32,000 nucleotides of DNA from Desulfobulbus propionicus DSM 2032 (GTDB taxonomy: Bacteria > Desulfobacterota > Desulfobulbia > Desulfobulbales > Desulfobulbaceae), in NCBI RefSeq assembly GCF_000186885.1, contig NC_014972.1, forward strand, positions 3,660,001 through 3,692,000. The letters run 5' to 3'. The notes under the pieces were generated by a model, which was given only the letters and a program-made list of their open reading frames with translations, was not told the DNA's origin and did no database searches. Shown piece by piece: positions 27,079 through 32,000 of this stretch. The stretch's first letter is position 1. Each line of letters starts with the position of its first letter. A program made the position numbers and the translations under genes.

Positions 27079-27825
27079 ATGTTCAAGGTACTCTACAACC
27101 GACTGGAACAGGGATATCGGACCAGCAGCTATCCCACGAAACCAATCGCCCTTTATTCACGATTTCGAGGAATTCCAGAAATCAATGCCGACTGCGATCC
27201 GGCCATTGCCCGCCAATGCGCCGCACTCTGTCCCCAGGAAGCCATCATCGCGGAGGAGAAGAAAATTGATCTGGGTCGCTGCACCTTCTGTGGCGCCTGT
27301 GCCTTGGTGGCGAACGGGGCATTTGTCCGTTTCACCCAGAATTTCGAATTGGGCACGGCCCATCGTGACCATCTGATTACCGGCGGCTCGCTGCCTGACC
27401 TGGCCAGTCACGCCAAGGCCCATTTCAAAAAACTTTTCGGCCGTTCGTTGCAACTCCGCCAGGTTTCAGCCGGCGGGTGCAACGCCTGCGAGGCCGATAC
27501 CAATGTGTTGAACACGCCCTTTTTCGATCTCTCCCGGTTCGGCATCGACTTTGTCGCCTCGCCGCGACATGCGGACGGCATTCATGTCACCGGGCCGATT
27601 ACCCGGAACATGAGAACCGCCCTGCTCGATACTTATGCCGCGGTACCCGCCCCCAAGGTGGTGATCGCCAGCGGCTGTTGTGCGATTTCCGGCGGTCCTT
27701 TTCATGGTTCCCGTGAAATCCTGGGCGACCTCAATGCGCTCATCCCGGTGGACCTCTACATTCCGGGCTGCCCGCCGCATCCCCTCACCACCCTCCACGC
27801 CCTGCTGGCCTTTTTCAAGAAATAA
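27079..27825 (+). CDS. NuoB/HyfI-like small subunit with N-terminal ferredoxin-like domain
   Basis: Ferredoxin-like DCDPAIARQCAALCPQEAI...GRCTFCGACALVANG, then NuoB-like cysteines SAGGCNACEADTNVL, VVIASGCCAISGG, YIPGCPPHPLTTLHAL. Confidence 0.92.
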   Translation: MFKVLYNRLEQGYRTSSYPTKPIALYSRFRGIPEINADCDPAIARQCAALCPQEAIIAEEKKIDLGRCTFCGACALVANGAFVRFTQNFELGTAHRDHLITGGSLPDLASHAKAHFKKLFGRSLQLRQVSAGGCNACEADTNVLNTPFFDLSRFGIDFVASPRHADGIHVTGPITRNMRTALLDTYAAVPAPKVVIASGCCAISGGPFHGSREILGDLNALIPVDLYIPGCPPHPLTTLHALLAFFKK

Positions 27826-27828
27826 CCT

Positions 27829-28047
27829 CTACGGGTCCAGGACCGACCGTACTTTTCGCCCATCATTGCCGGGAAGTCGCTTCATGCAGCGGGCGCAGCA
27901 CAGGATAATTTCTTGCTCGCGAATAAAAGGCCTTCCCCATCCGCCGGTGTTGCGATATTTTGTCATTGAATACGGGGAGATTTCATCGGCAGTCCTCACA
28001 CGCCCGACTATTCCCCGCATACACCTCATCTCCTGGAACGTGATCAC
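27829..28047 (-). CDS. Possible small protein (up to 72 aa) antisense in the gap after the Ehr-type operon
   Basis: Protein-like stretch DEISPYSMTKYRNTGGWGRPFIREQEIILCCARCMKRLPGNDGRK with a CARC pair; fills an otherwise empty 230-bp gap. No homology could be tested. Confidence 0.3.
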   Translation of the reverse strand: MITFQEMRCMRGIVGRVRTADEISPYSMTKYRNTGGWGRPFIREQEIILCCARCMKRLPGNDGRKVRSVLDP

Positions 28048-28056
28048 AGCGGCTCA

Positions 28057-29280
28057 ATGGAAATTTACATTGCCAGGCAACCCATTTTCGACCGGCACAA
28101 ACGTCTGCATGCCTACGAGGTGTTGTACCGTTCCGGGATGGACAACACCTACCCAGCCAGCGTGGACAGCGACGAGGCAACGCATACCGTTCTGGCCCAT
28201 GTCCTGTTCAATATCGGGTTGGACGCCATCACAGGCAACCGCCTGGCCTTGATCAACTTCACTGAAAATCACCTGTTGCAGGGAACTCCCACCCAACTGC
28301 CGCGGACACGCTGCATTATCGAAATTCTCGAGTCGATCCTGCCCTCAGCGGAGGTCTTCACCGCCTGTCTGGAGTTAAAGCGCAAGGGATATACGCTTGC
28401 CCTGGACGACTTTGATTTCAATCGACGATCCGAGCAACTCATCCCCTATGTCGATATCGTCAAGGTTGATTTCCAGGGTATTGACCGCATGTTGCTGAAT
28501 GAAAACATGGTCCGGATGCGGCAGTATGCCGCAGTACAATGGCTTGCCGAAAAAATTGAAAGCCACGAGGACTTCACCTTGGCCCAATCCCTTGGTTTCA
28601 CCTACTTTCAAGGCTATTTTTTCAACAAGCCGGAGATCCTGAAAAACCGCAAGATCGACACCTCGAAAATCATTCTCCTCAATCTGCTGGCCGAGGTGTG
28701 CCGTCCGGAGATCAATCTGAAGAAAGTCGAACAAATGGTCGCGCCCGACGTGTCGCTCTCCTACAAGCTCCTTCGCTACATCAATTCGGTATATTATTCG
28801 TTGGTGCGTAAAGTCACTTCCATCCGCTATGCCCTGACCTATCTAGGAGAAAGCGGGACGCGGCAATTCGTTTCCCTGGCGGCAGCTTCGGAGATTTCCG
28901 CAGGCAAACCTTCGGAATTGATGCGCTTATCGATGGTCCGGGCGGAACTCTGCCGATTGCTGGCCGCTTCCCGCCCAAGTTCAACCGATGCTTCCCAGCT
29001 CTTTCTGCTTGGTCTTTTTTCGTTGCTGGACGCCATGCTCGACATGCCCATGGACGAGCTCACCGATCAACTGCCTCTCACCGCCGAGGTGAAGGCGGCC
29101 CTCAACGAGCGCAAGGGGCCGTTTGCCCCCTATCTCCAGGCGGTGACCACCTACGAACAAGGCGAATTCGAGGCCTGCACCGAGTTTCTGCGGATGCTCA
29201 ACATTGCCCCTGACATCATGATCAGCGCCTATTTCAGGGCCCTGGCCTGGGCCGATCTCTTTGACGCCAATCTTGCCTGA
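28057..29280 (+). CDS. EAL-HDOD domain protein (YuxH/CdgJ-like), EAL probably degenerate
   Basis: IYIARQPIFDRHKRLHAYEVLYRSG, CIIEILES, GYTLALDDFDF, VDIVKVDF, GFTYFQGYFFNKPE, then HDOD-like INLKKVEQMVAPDVSLSYKLLRYINSVYYSLVRKVTSIRYALTYLG. Confidence 0.9.
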   Translation: MEIYIARQPIFDRHKRLHAYEVLYRSGMDNTYPASVDSDEATHTVLAHVLFNIGLDAITGNRLALINFTENHLLQGTPTQLPRTRCIIEILESILPSAEVFTACLELKRKGYTLALDDFDFNRRSEQLIPYVDIVKVDFQGIDRMLLNENMVRMRQYAAVQWLAEKIESHEDFTLAQSLGFTYFQGYFFNKPEILKNRKIDTSKIILLNLLAEVCRPEINLKKVEQMVAPDVSLSYKLLRYINSVYYSLVRKVTSIRYALTYLGESGTRQFVSLAAASEISAGKPSELMRLSMVRAELCRLLAASRPSSTDASQLFLLGLFSLLDAMLDMPMDELTDQLPLTAEVKAALNERKGPFAPYLQAVTTYEQGEFEACTEFLRMLNIAPDIMISAYFRALAWADLFDANLA

Positions 29281-29408
29281 TGGCGGTTGCCATCGTCGTG
29301 CCCCCTCGTTGGTCCGGTTAAAAGTTAGCTCTCGGGCGACAGGCCGCGTCTGTTCGGTGGCGGAAATTCAGGCTTGGATTCAGGGAAAATGCATCCGCTC
29401 CGGATACA

Positions 29409-30248
29409 TCATTCGAACAGACTGGGGGTGGTGCGCAGGAATTGCTGAACATTCTCCAGTTCGGCAGAGGTGAGCTTGAGGGCGACCGCCTCGTGCAGTT
29501 GCAGCAGCGCCAGGGAAGGCGCATGGGCCAGCCCGATGCCCATCTGGTGGCAAATGTGATTGGCCATGCGCACCAGCAGAAGGACGTAGTTTTCAGCATC
29601 AAACTCCGGCAAATCATGATCCCGGGCGACAACGGCAAACATCTCCGGCATGCTGATCTGCCGCAGCAGCAGATATCCCTGTTCCGCATGGAGGAGATCC
29701 ATGGCCCCGAGCAGCAGTTCCTGGGGCACCTGGAGCGCTTGCTTTTTTCTTTTCTTTTCGGCGAACACCTTAAGAATGAGCAACTTGCCGATATCATGAA
29801 ACAGACCGGCGGAAAAAGCCTCGTGCTGCATCACCCCGAAATCAAGGCGATTGGACAGCATGCCGGCGGCAAAGGCGCATCCCAGTGAATGCTGCCAGAG
29901 TTTTTTCATGATCTCGTTCAATTGTCCATCGCGACAGCTGAACATGTTTTTGCTGATGTCCACGAGCACGATGCGGCTGACTTCCGACAACCCCAGCCGG
30001 ACCAGGGCCGACCTGACTGTGGTGACGAGAACAAACCCACGATACATCGACGAGTTGGCCACTTTGAGGAGATTGCTGGAAAGCGCCTGATCACCGCTGA
30101 TCAATTTTTCAACGATGCGGAAATCGGGCTCTTTTTTGATCAGTTCGCGCTGAATCCGCAGTGAAACGGGATTAAAGACCGGCAGGGAAAGCCGTTCCGA
30201 TTCAATGTATTTCTTGAGTAGGGCGACAAAAGTACGTTCGTTGGTCAT
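29409..30248 (-). CDS. HDOD domain protein
   Basis: LPVFNPVSLRIQRELIKKEPDFRIVEKLISGDQALSSNLLKVANSSMYRGFVLVTTVRSALVRLGLSEVSRIVL, LWQHSLGCAFAAGML, HEAFSAGLFHDIGKLLIL. Start at MTNERTF (30248), shorter than the track ORF. Confidence 0.9.
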   Translation of the reverse strand: MTNERTFVALLKKYIESERLSLPVFNPVSLRIQRELIKKEPDFRIVEKLISGDQALSSNLLKVANSSMYRGFVLVTTVRSALVRLGLSEVSRIVLVDISKNMFSCRDGQLNEIMKKLWQHSLGCAFAAGMLSNRLDFGVMQHEAFSAGLFHDIGKLLILKVFAEKKRKKQALQVPQELLLGAMDLLHAEQGYLLLRQISMPEMFAVVARDHDLPEFDAENYVLLLVRMANHICHQMGIGLAHAPSLALLQLHEAVALKLTSAELENVQQFLRTTPSLFE

Positions 30249-30476
30249 CCTAAGCCATGGGGTAAGTGGGCCGAAAAGGGCGCGTGGTCCGTCATGCCAA
30301 GCGCGCGGCGCCTGAGAGCCTTGCCCGAAGGGCGTTGCCATCGCGTCGGCTCGGCAGGATAGGTAGCATAAAACGCGCGCCAAATGAAGCAAAAGCCGAC
30401 ATTCTCGGGTTGTCGCCGCGAAATCGTTCCGGGGAAAGACGGAGAAAAACTGAAAACATCAAGGTGAAAGAGTGCA

Positions 30477-30512
30477 GCAAGCCCGTCTCCGTAAATGACG
30501 GGCCGGGCTTGC
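30477..30512 (-). terminator. Stem-loop just downstream of the qmcA-like stop codon (possible terminator, weak U tract)
   Basis: 9-bp perfect arms GCAAGCCCG...CGGGCTTGC with nested CCGT/ACGG about 10 nt beyond the stop; no strong T run in the minus-strand direction. Confidence 0.4.
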
Positions 30513-30522
30513 GCACGGCCGT

Positions 30523-31458
30523 TCAGACAGCCTTTTCTCGTTTTTTGGTGTGCTCCAGAGTGGTCATGACCGTGGCCACCATGGAGGAGACATCGGCCAG
30601 GTTGGCGGGTAGAATCATGGTGTTGTTTTCCTTGGCCAGCTTGCCGAACTGGTCAAGGTACTTCTTGGCCACCTCAAGGTTGGCCGCATCCTGGCCGCCA
30701 GGCTCGCTCAAGGCCTCGGCAACCTGGCGAATTCCTTCGGCGGTGGCCGCCGCTACCTTGAGAATTTCCTGCGCCTGACCTTCCGCCTCGTTGATCCGTC
30801 GCATTTTTTCGCCTTCGGACCGGGCAATGGCCTCGGCCCGCTCGCCCTCGGCCCGGTTGATCATCGCCTGACGCTCCCCTTCGGACTTGGCGATTTCCGC
30901 CCGTTTCTCGCGTTCGGCCTTCATCTGCTTCTCCATGGCTTCAAGCACGCTGCGCGGCGGCTGAATGTCCTTGATCTCGTAACGCAATACCTTGACGCCC
31001 CAGTTCTGCGAGGCCTCGTCCAGTGCCTCGACCACCTGGCGATTCAGATTCTCCCGCGCCTCAAAGGTGTTGTCGAGGCTGATCTTGCCAATGGCCGAGC
31101 GCAGGCTGGTTTGCGCCAGCTGCGCCACGGCGAAATGGTAATTGTCGATGCCATAGGCGGAGAGTCGGGAATTGACCACCTGCAGATAAAGACAGCCGTC
31201 GATCTCCATGGAAACATTGTCGGCGGTGATGCAGGTTTGGGCCGGAATGTCGATCGACTCCTCCTTGAGGCTGCGTTTATAGGCCACCTTATCGAAAAAG
31301 GGGATCAAGATGTGAAAACCGGCCTCGAGAGTGGTGCGGTATTTGCCCAGCCGCTCGATCACATACTCATACTGCTGATCCACGACCACCGCGGTCTTGA
31401 CCAGGATCACGATCGCAAACACAACCAGGGCCACCACGCCGATGAGCACGTTATCCAT
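30523..31458 (-). CDS. qmcA: SPFH/band-7 (stomatin-like, paraslipin) membrane protein
   Basis: MDNVLIGVVALVVFAIVILVKTAVVVDQQYEYVIERLGKYRTTLEAGFHILIPFFDKVAYKRSLKEESIDIPAQTCITADNV..., IGKISLDNTFEARENLN, MKAEREKRAEIAKSEGERQAMINRAEGERAEAIARSEGEK. Confidence 0.95.
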   Translation of the reverse strand: MDNVLIGVVALVVFAIVILVKTAVVVDQQYEYVIERLGKYRTTLEAGFHILIPFFDKVAYKRSLKEESIDIPAQTCITADNVSMEIDGCLYLQVVNSRLSAYGIDNYHFAVAQLAQTSLRSAIGKISLDNTFEARENLNRQVVEALDEASQNWGVKVLRYEIKDIQPPRSVLEAMEKQMKAEREKRAEIAKSEGERQAMINRAEGERAEAIARSEGEKMRRINEAEGQAQEILKVAAATAEGIRQVAEALSEPGGQDAANLEVAKKYLDQFGKLAKENNTMILPANLADVSSMVATVMTTLEHTKKREKAV

Positions 31459-31922
31459 CAGTGTTCTCCGTTTGTTTTCAGGGGTGCGACCTTGACGGTC
31501 AGGTTTTTCTTTTCCACAATTCGCACGACCGTTCCTTTGGTCACTGGCTCCTCGGAGGTGGCCTGCCAAAACGAACCGCCGAATTTTACCTTTCCTGCGG
31601 CCGGGGGCAGGATATCCTCGATCACCTCGCCAGTAGCATCCTCGGGCAGGCTATGTTCCATGGCATCGACCTCGAGGGTGCGGCCGAGAAAAATTTTTTT
31701 CACCGTCGATCGCAACAAAAGGAGGGCGAGGAGACTGGCGGCGAGAAAAACCAGCAGTTGGGTGGAAAGAGAGATCGGCAGCAGATAGACGGCCAGAGCC
31801 GCACACCAGGCGCCAATGCCGAAAAAAAACACGATCAGTCCCGGCAGGAGCAATTCGAGGGCAAAGAAGACGATACCGCTAAGAAACCACAGCAGAACCG
31901 GCGACAGGGAAAGCAGAACCAT
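31458..31922 (-). CDS. NfeD-family membrane protein
   Basis: LLWFLSGIVFFALELLLPGLIVFFFGIGAWCAA, then OB-fold-like GEVIEDILPPAAGKVKFGGSFWQATSEEPVTKGTVVRIVEKKNLTVKV; overlaps the qmcA start (conserved pairing). Confidence 0.93.
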   Translation of the reverse strand: MVLLSLSPVLLWFLSGIVFFALELLLPGLIVFFFGIGAWCAALAVYLLPISLSTQLLVFLAASLLALLLLRSTVKKIFLGRTLEVDAMEHSLPEDATGEVIEDILPPAAGKVKFGGSFWQATSEEPVTKGTVVRIVEKKNLTVKVAPLKTNGEH

Positions 31923-32000
31923 GCGACACTCCAGAAAGAGTCATTTGCGTAGAGGATAGCATAGTCATACCGCCCGGGCAATGCGGGCGAAGAATTTTCT

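Noticed and set aside
20533-27825. Active hydrogenase-4 / formate hydrogenlyase
   Set aside because: The subunit set matches, but the large subunit lacks RxCGxC and DPCxxC, so calling it a hydrogenase is not supported.
1-32000. CRISPR array, defence islands, retrons, integrases or transposases
   Set aside because: Looked for regularly spaced repeats, RT/Cas/integrase/transposase motifs and tRNA-like ends; none were recognised by eye.

Overview
Chromosomal window of a GC-rich, anaerobe-like bacterium. The gene content suggests Desulfobulbales/Desulfobacterota, but that is inferred from the products only. It is mostly housekeeping and accessory-metabolism genes. No CRISPR array, rRNA, tRNA, transposase or phage genes were recognised. 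Main content: (i) a cysteine synthase fused to a cysteinyl-tRNA-synthetase-like domain with altered HIGH/KMSKS motifs; (ii) a minus-strand surface-polysaccharide cassette (two GT4 glycosyltransferases, an NAD-epimerase, a minimal phosphoglycosyl transferase), with one glycosyltransferase gene showing an abrupt internal GC shift; (iii) panB/panE; (iv) a PAS/sigma-54 activator; (v) a membrane CxxC protein, a YagE/RMD1-family protein and a tandem TIGR01777 epimerase pair; (vi) a TIGR02285-like periplasmic binding protein, a PilZ protein, a Sir2 deacylase and a DEAD-box helicase; (vii) a six-gene group-4-hydrogenase/complex-I-like operon whose large subunit has lost the NiFe cysteine ligands by manual alignment, fitting an Ehr-type (energy-converting hydrogenase related) complex; (viii) EAL-HDOD and HDOD proteins and a QmcA/NfeD pair. 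The two strongest candidates for unusual biology are the CysK-CysRS-like fusion and the Ehr-type complex. The Ehr class is known, but its reaction is, to my knowledge, unresolved. All family assignments come from reading motifs by eye, with no database search.
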